Shown piece after piece: positions 17,814-26,820 of a DNA stretch of 64,000 nucleotides. Origin of the DNA: a virus (Duplodnaviria; Caudoviricetes); the IMG/VR virus record IMGVR_UViG_2721756095_000004, positions 1 through 64,000 of that record; one strand, 5' to 3'. The position numbers were made by a program, and so were the translations under genes. Under the pieces are notes generated by a model. The model was not told the DNA's origin and ran no database searches. It saw only the letters and a list, made by a program, of their open reading frames with translations. The stretch's first letter is position 1; each line of letters begins with the position of its first letter.

Positions 17814-18314
17814 ATGGCGCATCCTCAAGAAAAGATAAGCGCCGCCCGAGGGGCGTATGTCTACGAAGCGTTAACCATGGACGCAATCGCGCGGAAATGT
17901 AACGTTTCTGCCGGCACGCTCGCACGCTGGAAAAAAGCTGCGCTTGCTGATGGCGATGACTGGGACCGTGCTCGCGCAGCGGCACGGCTATCGGGCCAGG
18001 GTGCGGAAGCGGTCACCCAGGCTGTGCTGGAGGATTTCGTGCTGTTGTTTCAGAGCACGTTGACCGAGGTAAAGGCAGACAAACAGATCAAAGCTTTGGC
18101 CAAGGCGGAGGTGATCAGCCGTTTGTCCGATGCCTACAACAAGACTATGAGCGCAGTTGCCAAGGGTAACCCCAAGCTCAACAAGCTGGCGGTGGCCATG
18201 GAGGTACTGCAGGCACTCGCGGAGTTCGTCAGGCAGCACTACCCCAAGCATGCCAACGCGTTCGGGGAAATTCTTGAGCCTTTTGGCGAGGAAATCGCAA
18301 AGAGCTATGGCTAA
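17814..18314 (+). CDS. Putative small terminase subunit (DUF1804 type)
   Basis: HTH, RWK...GDDWD.ARAA; directly upstream of TerL. Confidence 0.8.
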   Translation: MAHPQEKISAARGAYVYEALTMDAIARKCNVSAGTLARWKKAALADGDDWDRARAAARLSGQGAEAVTQAVLEDFVLLFQSTLTEVKADKQIKALAKAEVISRLSDAYNKTMSAVAKGNPKLNKLAVAMEVLQALAEFVRQHYPKHANAFGEILEPFGEEIAKSYG

Positions 18315-19929
18315 TCGCTCAGCACGCCGGGAATTCCTTGACGGCATTGCCAATCTTGCTGCCGAGTATCGCCGCCAGATCGAGGCTGGCGTGGATGGTT
18401 TCGCGCCTGATCCGGCTGCGCGCCAGAAGCGAGTGAAGAAGGCCAACCACGATCTGGAGTATTTCGCGCGGACGTATTTCCCGCACTACGTCAAGCACGC
18501 CAACGCGCAGCTGCACGAATTCCTCTACAAACGCCTGTTGGAAATTGTGGACAACGGCGTGGGCGACCATGACGCGATCGCGGCGCCGCGCGGCAATGCC
18601 AAGTCGACCATCGTCACGCAGATCTTCGTGATCTTCTGTGTAGTTACAGGGCGGAAGCGCTTCCCAGTAATCATCATGGATGCGCTTGACCAGGCGCTGC
18701 CAATGCTGGAAGCGATCAAGGCTGAACTTGCGTTTAATCCACGCCTGGCGATGGATTATCCAGAGGCAACCGGTCAGGGGCGCGTGTGGCAGGTCGGCAC
18801 GATCATTACCGCCAACGATGCCAAGGTGCAGGCATTCGGATCGGGCAAGAAAATGCGCGGCCTGCGGCATGGACCGCATCGCCCTGACCTAACGATCTGC
18901 GATGACCTCGAAAACGACGAGAACGTGCGTAGCCCCGAACAGCGCGACAAACTGGAGTCCTGGTTGAAAAAAACCGTGCTATCGCTCGGTCCCGCCGATG
19001 ACAGCATGGACGTGATCGCGATCGGCACCATCCTGCACTATGACTCAGTCTTGGCGAGGCTGCTCAAAAACCTGTTATGGAAGTCGCGTAAGTTCAAGGC
19101 GGTGATCGCATGGCCGCACAGAATGGATCTGTGGGACAAATGGGAAGAGCTGCTGCTCAATACCGGAGAAGATGAGGCGCGGGCTTTCTATGCGGCGCAC
19201 TCGACCGAGATGGAAGCAGGTGCCGTGGTGAGCTGGCCAGCTGCGCAGCCACTCTACAAACTCATGGTAAAACGCGCCAGGGATGGCCGGGCGGCTTTCG
19301 ATTCAGAACAGCAGAACGACCCGATCTCAGGCGAGGATGCGCCCTTTGCCAACTGTATCAGCTTCTGGGTGAATCGGCTGAGCGAGTGGTCATTCTATGG
19401 CGCATGCGACCCTAGCCTGGGTAAGCATGGCGCGAGCCGCGACCCTTCGGCGTTGCTGATAGGCGGCTTTAACCGGCTCACTGGCATCCTGGACGTGGTC
19501 GAAGCGCTCATCAAGAAGCGTCTGCCGGACCGCATCATAGAAGACATTATCGCGCTGCAAGTGCAATATCACTGCCGCTTATGGGTGGTCGAGACTGTCC
19601 AGTTTCAGGAGTTCCTGCGGACGGAACTTGTCAAGCGTAGCGCGAAGCGTGGCATCCCGGTTCCCGCCCGCCCCGTGATTCCGCACGCCGACAAACTGCT
19701 GCGCATCGAATCGCTGCAGCCACACATGGCCAACGGTCTGATTCGGCTGCATCCGTCACAAGCCACGCTGATCGATCAGCTGAGGCATTTCCCCAAGGCC
19801 GACCACGATGACGGACCGGATGCCCTGCACATGCTATGGATGGCGGCGGTCACGCGCGGTGCGGGCATGGCCTACCAGGGCGCGCGGAGCAGCAATAAGG
19901 ATGAATTAACGGGAGCAGGCGCATGGTAG
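18307..19929 (+). CDS. terL: Terminase large subunit
   Basis: APRGNAKST Walker A, RGLRHG..RPDL.ICDDLEND, DPSLG, HDDGPDAL. Confidence 0.93.
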   Translation: MANRSARREFLDGIANLAAEYRRQIEAGVDGFAPDPAARQKRVKKANHDLEYFARTYFPHYVKHANAQLHEFLYKRLLEIVDNGVGDHDAIAAPRGNAKSTIVTQIFVIFCVVTGRKRFPVIIMDALDQALPMLEAIKAELAFNPRLAMDYPEATGQGRVWQVGTIITANDAKVQAFGSGKKMRGLRHGPHRPDLTICDDLENDENVRSPEQRDKLESWLKKTVLSLGPADDSMDVIAIGTILHYDSVLARLLKNLLWKSRKFKAVIAWPHRMDLWDKWEELLLNTGEDEARAFYAAHSTEMEAGAVVSWPAAQPLYKLMVKRARDGRAAFDSEQQNDPISGEDAPFANCISFWVNRLSEWSFYGACDPSLGKHGASRDPSALLIGGFNRLTGILDVVEALIKKRLPDRIIEDIIALQVQYHCRLWVVETVQFQEFLRTELVKRSAKRGIPVPARPVIPHADKLLRIESLQPHMANGLIRLHPSQATLIDQLRHFPKADHDDGPDALHMLWMAAVTRGAGMAYQGARSSNKDELTGAGAW

Positions 19930-21476
19930 GCATCGTCGACGTCAACGGCAATCCAATCAATACCGGACTGATCAAGGAAGCGCAAAGCGCCAGGGTTGGA
20001 GCCCTTCGACATGAGTTCGCAGGCCACCCCAGCCGTGGCCTCACCCCCGCCAAACTGGCGCGCATCATGGAATCCGCCGAGCAAGGCGATATCCGCGCCC
20101 AGCACGATCTGTTCCTGGACATGGAGGAGAAGGACGGCCATATCTACGCCGAGATGAGCAAGCGCAAGCGCGCGCTGCTCACGGTCGATTGGGATATCGT
20201 GCCGCCGCGCAACGCCAGCGCCAGGGAAAAGAAGGCGGCCGCGTACGTGAAGGAGCTGCTCACCGACGTGCCCAATTTCGAGGATGTGATCCTGGATGCG
20301 CTCGATGCCATCGGCCACGGCTTTGCATGCCAGGAGATCCAATGGCAGATGTTGGGGCGGGAGTGGCTCCCAAAAACGATCAGCCATCGCCCACAAAGCT
20401 GGTTTCAGACCGACCGTGAAACGCGCTCGCAGATCCGGCTGCGCGATATGTCGCTTGATGGAGCCGAGTTGCAGCCGTTCGGCTGGATCACTCATGTGCA
20501 TAAAGCCAAATCAGGCTTCCTTTCCCGCGCGGGACTGCACCGTGTGCTGGCCTGGCCCTTCCTGTTCAAAAATTACAGTGTGCGGGATCTGGCCGAGTTC
20601 CTCGAAATCTACGGCCTTCCCCTGCGCCTGGGCACGTATCCGACCGGCAGTAGTGACGATGAGAAAGGCACGTTGCTGCGCGCGGTGACCCAGATCGGCC
20701 ACGACGCGGCCGGAATTATTCCGGAAGGGATGATGATCGATTTCAAGGAAGCCGCAAAGGGCAGCCATGATCCATTCCAGGCGATGATGGACTGGTGCGA
20801 GCGCACCCAGAGCAAGGCTATCCTGGGCGGGACGCTGACCAGCCAAGCTGATGGCAAAAGCAGCACCAATGCCTTGGGACAGGTGCATAACGAGGTGCGG
20901 CACGATCTCAAGGTATCGGATGCCATCCAGCTTGCCGGAACATTAACCCGCGATCTGGTGTATCCGGTGCAGGCGCTTAACGTCGGCGGCGTCGAGGATC
21001 TTCGCCGAGCTTCACGCCTGGTGTTCGATATGCGTGAGCCGGAAGACTTCAAGATGATGGCCGAGTCGCTACCCGGCCTGGTGGACGTGGGCGTGCAGAT
21101 CCCGGTTAACTGGGTGAGCGACAAATTGCGCATCCCGCAGCCGGCAGAGGGCGAAGCGGTGCTGGTCAGAGCGCGTCCGGAATCGGGCGGGGCCGGACAA
21201 CCGTCCACGATGGCTACTGCCGCATTGTCTGCATTGCCTCCCGATGCGGATGAGTTTGACGTTCTTGCCGATGAGCTGGCCGGCGACTGGGAGCGCGTCA
21301 CAGATCCTCTAATTGCTCCGATAATTGCCCTGGCGGCCGAGGTGGATGATTTCGAGGCATTTCAGGCGCGCCTGCCGGAACTGATCCATGACATGGACCC
21401 GGCAATACTGGCGGAAACCCTGGCGCAGGGACAATTCGCGGCCCGTATCTGGGGCAAGGTCAATGGCGGGAATTGA
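19923..21476 (+). CDS. Portal protein (Mu gp29/DUF935)
   Basis: HPSRGLTP, FLEIYGLP.RLG.Y, SKAILGGTLTS, ALG.VHNEVR. Confidence 0.92.
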   Translation: MVGIVDVNGNPINTGLIKEAQSARVGALRHEFAGHPSRGLTPAKLARIMESAEQGDIRAQHDLFLDMEEKDGHIYAEMSKRKRALLTVDWDIVPPRNASAREKKAAAYVKELLTDVPNFEDVILDALDAIGHGFACQEIQWQMLGREWLPKTISHRPQSWFQTDRETRSQIRLRDMSLDGAELQPFGWITHVHKAKSGFLSRAGLHRVLAWPFLFKNYSVRDLAEFLEIYGLPLRLGTYPTGSSDDEKGTLLRAVTQIGHDAAGIIPEGMMIDFKEAAKGSHDPFQAMMDWCERTQSKAILGGTLTSQADGKSSTNALGQVHNEVRHDLKVSDAIQLAGTLTRDLVYPVQALNVGGVEDLRRASRLVFDMREPEDFKMMAESLPGLVDVGVQIPVNWVSDKLRIPQPAEGEAVLVRARPESGGAGQPSTMATAALSALPPDADEFDVLADELAGDWERVTDPLIAPIIALAAEVDDFEAFQARLPELIHDMDPAILAETLAQGQFAARIWGKVNGGN

Positions 21477-22254
21477 TCTCAAGGCATTGCCACCGAAAGA
21501 GTCGATCGGGTATTTCCGGCAGAAGGGCTACAAGATTGGTTTTAGCTGGGAAGATGTCTGGCAGCAGGAACACCAGGCGGCCTTCACGGTGGCCAAGGCC
21601 ATGCAGCTCGACATCCTGCGCGACATTCGGGCTGGTGTTGATGATGCTCTGGCAAACGGCACAACGTTTGCCGATTTCCGCAGGAACCTGAAACCGCTGC
21701 TGGTGCAGAAGGGTTGGTGGGGCAAGGCGGAAATGACCGATCCGGCCACAGGCGAGGCTAAGGCTGTTCAGCTTGGCAGCACGCGCCGCCTAAAGACGAT
21801 CTACGATACCAATCTGCGTACTGCTCACGCAGAGGGCCAGTGGGAGCGCATCCAGGCAAGCAAGGCCAGTTTTCCCTATCTGCAGTACTCCGGCAACAAC
21901 AGTGAGCACGCGCGTTTGCAGCATGCGGCGTGGGACGGGCTGATACTGCCCGCCGACGACCCTTTCTACCAGGCGCACATGCCGGTCAAGGCATGGGGTT
22001 GCAAATGTCGGGTAATACAGATGAGCCAGGGCATGCTCGACCGGCGCGGCTTGAGTGTGGGTGAGACGCCTGTCGTGCCGCAATACACGTACATCAATAA
22101 GAGGAGCGGCGAGGTGCAGAAAATTCCCCAAGGAGTCGATCCTGCGTTTCATTACCCTCCAGGCGGGCGCCAACAGAGCCTGGACAAGATGCTCGCAGAG
22201 AAGATCGAGAAACTGCCGGAGGATTTTCAGGGAAAAATCGATAAAACAAAATAA
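21463..22254 (+). CDS. Head morphogenesis protein (Mu gpF)
   Basis: AFTVAKA, RRLKTIYDTN, H...DG......DDPF, WGCKCRV. Confidence 0.9.
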   Translation: MAGIDLKALPPKESIGYFRQKGYKIGFSWEDVWQQEHQAAFTVAKAMQLDILRDIRAGVDDALANGTTFADFRRNLKPLLVQKGWWGKAEMTDPATGEAKAVQLGSTRRLKTIYDTNLRTAHAEGQWERIQASKASFPYLQYSGNNSEHARLQHAAWDGLILPADDPFYQAHMPVKAWGCKCRVIQMSQGMLDRRGLSVGETPVVPQYTYINKRSGEVQKIPQGVDPAFHYPPGGRQQSLDKMLAEKIEKLPEDFQGKIDKTK

Positions 22255-22513
22255 GCGGTTTTGGAGCCTGGCCCGCCTTAGTGGTGGCATAGGTAGCGGG
22301 AATGTCCTGTTACCCGCGTTAGACCCCCGTTAAATTCGCTTGGAAGGGCATTCAAACCTTCGACGCCGCCTGCCAATCCAAGCTCCTGGCGTGAGCAAAC
22401 TCAATGGGCAGTACGGTTCGGCCTAACTGCCATGTCCCCTTTAGACGTAGGTCGCCAGGATTCCACACAAGCGAACCCCAGCCTAGGACCGCAACTCGCG
22501 CGCTTGCTCCTGC

Positions 22514-24532
22514 TCAAAGTATCGGAATCTGGAGGCGCTCGAAGAACGACCTGTTTCGTTTTTTGGCATCACTCAGCACTTTGTCATAGGACAATATTTC
22601 AATATAGCAGCCCGAGTGCTTGTGATACTGAAAATATCCCTCGTTGTCCGGAGTTTTTACGAAGTCTCGACTCTCTGCGATTGCGCGGATGCGGGGGGTA
22701 AGACTGCACAGGATATACGCGTAGAACGGAATTGCCCCAACGTTGAGAGTCTTTCCATCTCTGTCTTTCGCTAGCCCGTCTTTGATCTTACTGACATAGC
22801 GCAGGACTTGGCCGACAGGATCCTCCTCTCTCAAAGGATATTCATTCCTCTCCGGGCGCTTGAACTCCACGATCACGACCGATTGATAGGGACTCCGCGT
22901 GTCTGAGAACGCCCGTGGCGTATTGAAGACCACCAAGTCCGGTTCATCTCCGCCGTCGACGTTAATCACCTTCAATCGACTAACCGGGAGGTCGGAAGCT
23001 AGGTGCCAGTGATACGCCAATCGTTCGTCAACAACCCATAGGTTCTGCTTTTCAAACTCCACATCGTCCGACGTCTTTTGCATCGGGTAAATAAGTTGGT
23101 GCACAAAGTCTTCCCGGGCGTAGGCACCACTCTCTTGGAGCTTCAAAGCACTGTCGAGCATTTCGAGAATTGTCCGCCTGTGCACAACGTATTTCGCCAG
23201 GGCTGCCTTCCCCAATTCGTTCTCTTCGTGCAAATACTGGTCGTAGAGAGCTTGATATTCGAGGGCGCCCGTAGCGGATTCTGGAGGCGGTACCTTAATT
23301 TGCGCAGCCAGTTGTCGGTGTTCGACCTCGATGTCTTGTTGCGTCTTGTAAAGCTCAACGTCGAGTTGCTCATCAGTAAGATTTGGAGGAATCTTCGCAA
23401 GCCGGGCACTGTGGCGCTCCTGCAGAACGTACCGAAATTGAGGTGCCTTCTGCTGCACAAAGGCCTCAATAGTTTGGCGCTTCTCCTGCTGAAGCGCGGT
23501 CGTGTATGGCTCAGCTATAGTGCGGAGAACGTTGGCGACTTCAGCGTCCAGCTCGGCCCGTGTCATCTCGCCCGGAAACTCAAGGTCCGCATCCTGTAGG
23601 AACATGAAGTCTGTCCGTTCCGAATTAACTCGAGCGTCGAGATAAGATCCTGAAACATACGCCTTGAAGACAAATGACTGACCATGCTCGTCAGTGAATC
23701 TGGCATCGAACTCTGGCATGGATTTTGCTGCTTTCCGCTCAAGTACTTCACGCTGGTTCGCGCAATATGAGACAGTGTGGTGTTTCTTGGAACTGGACTG
23801 AAACCGCAGGATCTTTGCCTTAAATCTCTGTGCACGTATGCTGAACTCCACGTCCTGCGCGCGTTGCTTGGCCTCCTCGGCGAACACATAGTTTAGGTTG
23901 ATCGAGTGACCAGTATTGTCGTGAAGTGCAATTTGCGGACAGGATCCGCTGACGAAATGGATCAGGAAATGGTCTATTACTTTATGGCCAATGGTCTCAA
24001 GCGACTTCGGGAAGTGCTTCTGATACTCAAGGCGTAGCCCGGTGAGCTTCACGGCGGTCTTGCGGTGGCGTGTTGATGAGGGCTCCACCCGCTCGTTCTC
24101 GACGCCATTCGTCGTCTTTACGAAGTCAAATGTACGCCGCGTCCAAGCTTCACCGTCATGGAAGATACTGTCGATAATCGCCTTATCGAAAACTTTCAGC
24201 CAAGTAAAACGTCCTATGCCCTTGTTGCCACGGGTAGCTTTGCCTGTAGAGTCCGAGAGGAAAAACGCTCGCGCATTGCCGTCGTCGAATCCCCTTCCAT
24301 TGTCGAAGACGGAGATGTTTCGAATCGGCGCAATATTGATCTCTTCGGAGCCAGAGCCAGGTAGGGCCGCCTGGGAGAGATCTCGCTCGACATGAACATC
24401 GATACGCCCATCAGCGGCCTTCGCATCTTCGATGGCCTCAATTGAATTAACTAGACATTCGAACAGTGGGAGGAATGGCTGAGTCAGCGGGAGTTGGAGA
24501 TTATTTACCCGCCCAGCGATATCAACCTGCAT
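22514..24532 (-). CDS. GHKL ATPase - PD-(D/E)xK nuclease fusion (candidate anti-phage cargo)
   Basis: ECLVNSIEA, DNGRGF, GNKGIGRF GHKL boxes; C-terminal PDLVVF..IVEFKRP..QVLRY; GGAGG RBS; antisense to the late operon. Confidence 0.8.
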   Translation of the reverse strand: MQVDIAGRVNNLQLPLTQPFLPLFECLVNSIEAIEDAKAADGRIDVHVERDLSQAALPGSGSEEINIAPIRNISVFDNGRGFDDGNARAFFLSDSTGKATRGNKGIGRFTWLKVFDKAIIDSIFHDGEAWTRRTFDFVKTTNGVENERVEPSSTRHRKTAVKLTGLRLEYQKHFPKSLETIGHKVIDHFLIHFVSGSCPQIALHDNTGHSINLNYVFAEEAKQRAQDVEFSIRAQRFKAKILRFQSSSKKHHTVSYCANQREVLERKAAKSMPEFDARFTDEHGQSFVFKAYVSGSYLDARVNSERTDFMFLQDADLEFPGEMTRAELDAEVANVLRTIAEPYTTALQQEKRQTIEAFVQQKAPQFRYVLQERHSARLAKIPPNLTDEQLDVELYKTQQDIEVEHRQLAAQIKVPPPESATGALEYQALYDQYLHEENELGKAALAKYVVHRRTILEMLDSALKLQESGAYAREDFVHQLIYPMQKTSDDVEFEKQNLWVVDERLAYHWHLASDLPVSRLKVINVDGGDEPDLVVFNTPRAFSDTRSPYQSVVIVEFKRPERNEYPLREEDPVGQVLRYVSKIKDGLAKDRDGKTLNVGAIPFYAYILCSLTPRIRAIAESRDFVKTPDNEGYFQYHKHSGCYIEILSYDKVLSDAKKRNRSFFERLQIPIL

Positions 24533-24866
24533 TTGCTTATTCCCTCCCCAGAGCCCTCGGGGGCATCATGGCTATATGTGAGACACGTAGCTTACATGAC
24601 TTGTGTCGATAACGGATGAGTTTTGGCATGCATGTCAGATCATAGTGCCCTGTCTGTTCGGTGAACGATCCTATCCAACAGTTGATATAGCAACGCTGCA
24701 ACTCATTTAGCAATTACGGCCTGGATTGCTTAAACTTGAATGAATTCGAATGCGCGTAACAATTGATATGGAGTGTGATTAGCATAGGCGAGTGTAAATT
24801 CACATCCTTCAATTGACGACTCATGTTTTGCAATGCTAATCTGACTTAACTCTTCTCCCGTTTCCG

Positions 24867-24919
24867 GGAGGAAATGCTTCCGCCTTAACTCCTCTCCCAG
24901 CCGCCCGCACAATGGCGGC
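24867..24919 (+). promoter_or_regulatory. Activator-dependent late promoter (PI equivalent)
   Basis: Dyad GGAGGAAATGCTTCCGCC ending 36 bp before ATG; CACAAT -10. Confidence 0.75.
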
Positions 24920-26029
24920 ATGAATCGCAAGCACAAACTATCTCGTTCCGCAATCGGCATTGCCGTGTGCGCGTTCACCTTGTCCGCGAGCAAGGAAGTG
25001 CAGCTGCTGCCTGCCGGACAATTCCGCGCCAAGGACGGCCGCCCCAAAGATGTGCCGCACTGGTATATCGATGCGGCGCTGGCCGAAATCATCATTGCCG
25101 AAATTGCCAGGCTGAACAATTCCCTGGTCATCGACTACGAGCATCAATCCCTGCTGGCCGTCAGCAACGGCCAACCCGCCCCGGCCGCCGCTTGGTTCAA
25201 AAAGCTGGAGTGGCGCGAGGCAGATGGCCTTTACGCTATCGACGTGGAATGGACGCAACGCGCAGCCGCCATGATCGAGGCCAAGGAGTATCTCTACATT
25301 TCCCCGGTTTTCAGCTACGACAAAAAAACCGGCGCGATCAAATCAATCATTAACGCAGCGCTGACCAATAACCCTGCCCTCGATGGAATGGATGAGGTGA
25401 CAGCCCAGGCTGCCGCTACACGTTTTTCAACTGAAACACAGGAGCTTTTAACTATGAACCTCGATGAGCTGTTGGCCAACATCCGTTGGCTTTTGAACTT
25501 GCCGCTCCTGGCAACGCCGGAAGAGATTGCTGCGGAGCTGCAGAAGGCTGCCGATGTAATCAAAAACGGTAATCCGGAAGCGGCTGCAGCTGGATTCAGC
25601 CTGCCGGCACTGCTCGAAGCGCGGAACACGGAAATCGTTGCACTCAGGGCTGCCGCGCCAGATCCCGCCAAGTATGTGCCGATCGATGCGATGCAGGCCG
25701 TGCAAACCGAGCTGGCGACGCTGCGGGCAGACGTGAACGGACGCGAGGTGGATGGCCTGGTTACCGCCGCTCTGACCGACGGGCGTTTGTTGCCTCCGCA
25801 GGAAGCGTGGGCGCGTGGGCTGGGCGGCAAGGATATCGCGGCACTGAAAAGCTATCTCGACATCGCGCAACCGGTTGCGGCCCTGAGTGGCACGCAGACC
25901 GGCGGCAAGAAACCCGGCGACAGCGGAGACGGTGAGCAATTAACCGAATCGCAGCTGGCTGTATGCAAGGCGATGGGCGTTTCGGAGGACGACTTCAAGA
26001 AAACCCTGCAGGCTCAGCCGCAAGGCTGA
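24920..26029 (+). CDS. Head maturation protease/scaffold (Mu gpI/Z)
   Basis: LLPAG.F...DGRP, IDYEHQ, PAPAA.W, YLYISPVF, ALTN.PAL; possible internal scaffold start after AGGAG near 25454. Confidence 0.92.
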   Translation: MNRKHKLSRSAIGIAVCAFTLSASKEVQLLPAGQFRAKDGRPKDVPHWYIDAALAEIIIAEIARLNNSLVIDYEHQSLLAVSNGQPAPAAAWFKKLEWREADGLYAIDVEWTQRAAAMIEAKEYLYISPVFSYDKKTGAIKSIINAALTNNPALDGMDEVTAQAAATRFSTETQELLTMNLDELLANIRWLLNLPLLATPEEIAAELQKAADVIKNGNPEAAAAGFSLPALLEARNTEIVALRAAAPDPAKYVPIDAMQAVQTELATLRADVNGREVDGLVTAALTDGRLLPPQEAWARGLGGKDIAALKSYLDIAQPVAALSGTQTGGKKPGDSGDGEQLTESQLAVCKAMGVSEDDFKKTLQAQPQG

Positions 26030-26088
26030 TCGCGTCCGGGGAAGCGGCGCTGGCCGCATTTATCCATCAATAGAAAAAGGAGAATCAC

Positions 26089-26757
26089 ATGGCAGCTCTC
26101 GCAGCAGATCGCAACACACCGATGAAAGACGGCGAGCTGATTTCCGTCTCCGTTGCCGCCGCCGTCAAGATTTATGCAGGCTCCCTGGTAGCGGTCAACG
26201 CCTCAGGCTATGCCACGCCTGGCGCCCTTGCTGCCACGTTGACTTATCTGGGCCGTGCGGAAGAGCAAGTGGACAATACTGGCGCTGACGGAGCGAAGTC
26301 GGTGCTGGTGCGTGTCGGGAAAACGTTCAAGTGGCTCAACCACGGCGCTGATCCCGTGGTTCAGGCTGACCTCGGCAAGCCTTGTTATATCGTCGACGAT
26401 CAAACCGTGGCCAAGACCAACGGCAATGGAACCCGTTCTGCCGCAGGCACGGTGATTGCAATTGATTCGGATGGTGTCTGGGTGGCGGCTTCGGTGCGAG
26501 GCAATCTGACCGCCACTGCAGCACTGGATTTTGCATCAATCGCCGCTGCTGCCAGCGCGGATCTCACTATCGCAGTGGCGGGTGCTGCAGTAGGCGACGC
26601 GGTATCTCTGGGATTGCCCGCAGCGCCGACGGCGGGGCTCATTTTCCAGACGTTCGTATCCGCAGCCGGCATCGTCACTGTGCGCGCCACAAACATTACA
26701 GCCGGGGCAGTCGATGCGGCGTCCGCGACGTACCGTGTCACGGTGCACAAGTTGTAA
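26089..26757 (+). CDS. Head decoration/cement-like protein with extra C-terminal domain
   Basis: MAAL.ADRNT, YIVDDQTV, GVWV then an Ala-rich beta domain; between protease and capsid genes. Confidence 0.7.
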   Translation: MAALAADRNTPMKDGELISVSVAAAVKIYAGSLVAVNASGYATPGALAATLTYLGRAEEQVDNTGADGAKSVLVRVGKTFKWLNHGADPVVQADLGKPCYIVDDQTVAKTNGNGTRSAAGTVIAIDSDGVWVAASVRGNLTATAALDFASIAAAASADLTIAVAGAAVGDAVSLGLPAAPTAGLIFQTFVSAAGIVTVRATNITAGAVDAASATYRVTVHKL

Positions 26758-26820
26758 AGCCTCATCGATCAACTGATCGACCAACTGAATTATTGATCAA
26801 TCTTCAGGAGATATACAAAC

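Noticed and set aside
22422-24850. ATPase-nuclease cargo as an integron cassette (GCCTAAC and ACTTAAC core-like sites near both ends)
   Set aside because: No properly paired attC stem after the stop codon; a degenerate 7-mer is expected by chance at this scale
22255-24860. Anti-CRISPR/aca operon at the expected slot
   Set aside because: No small co-directional ORFs with RBS or an HTH aca gene; the slot holds one large antisense gene
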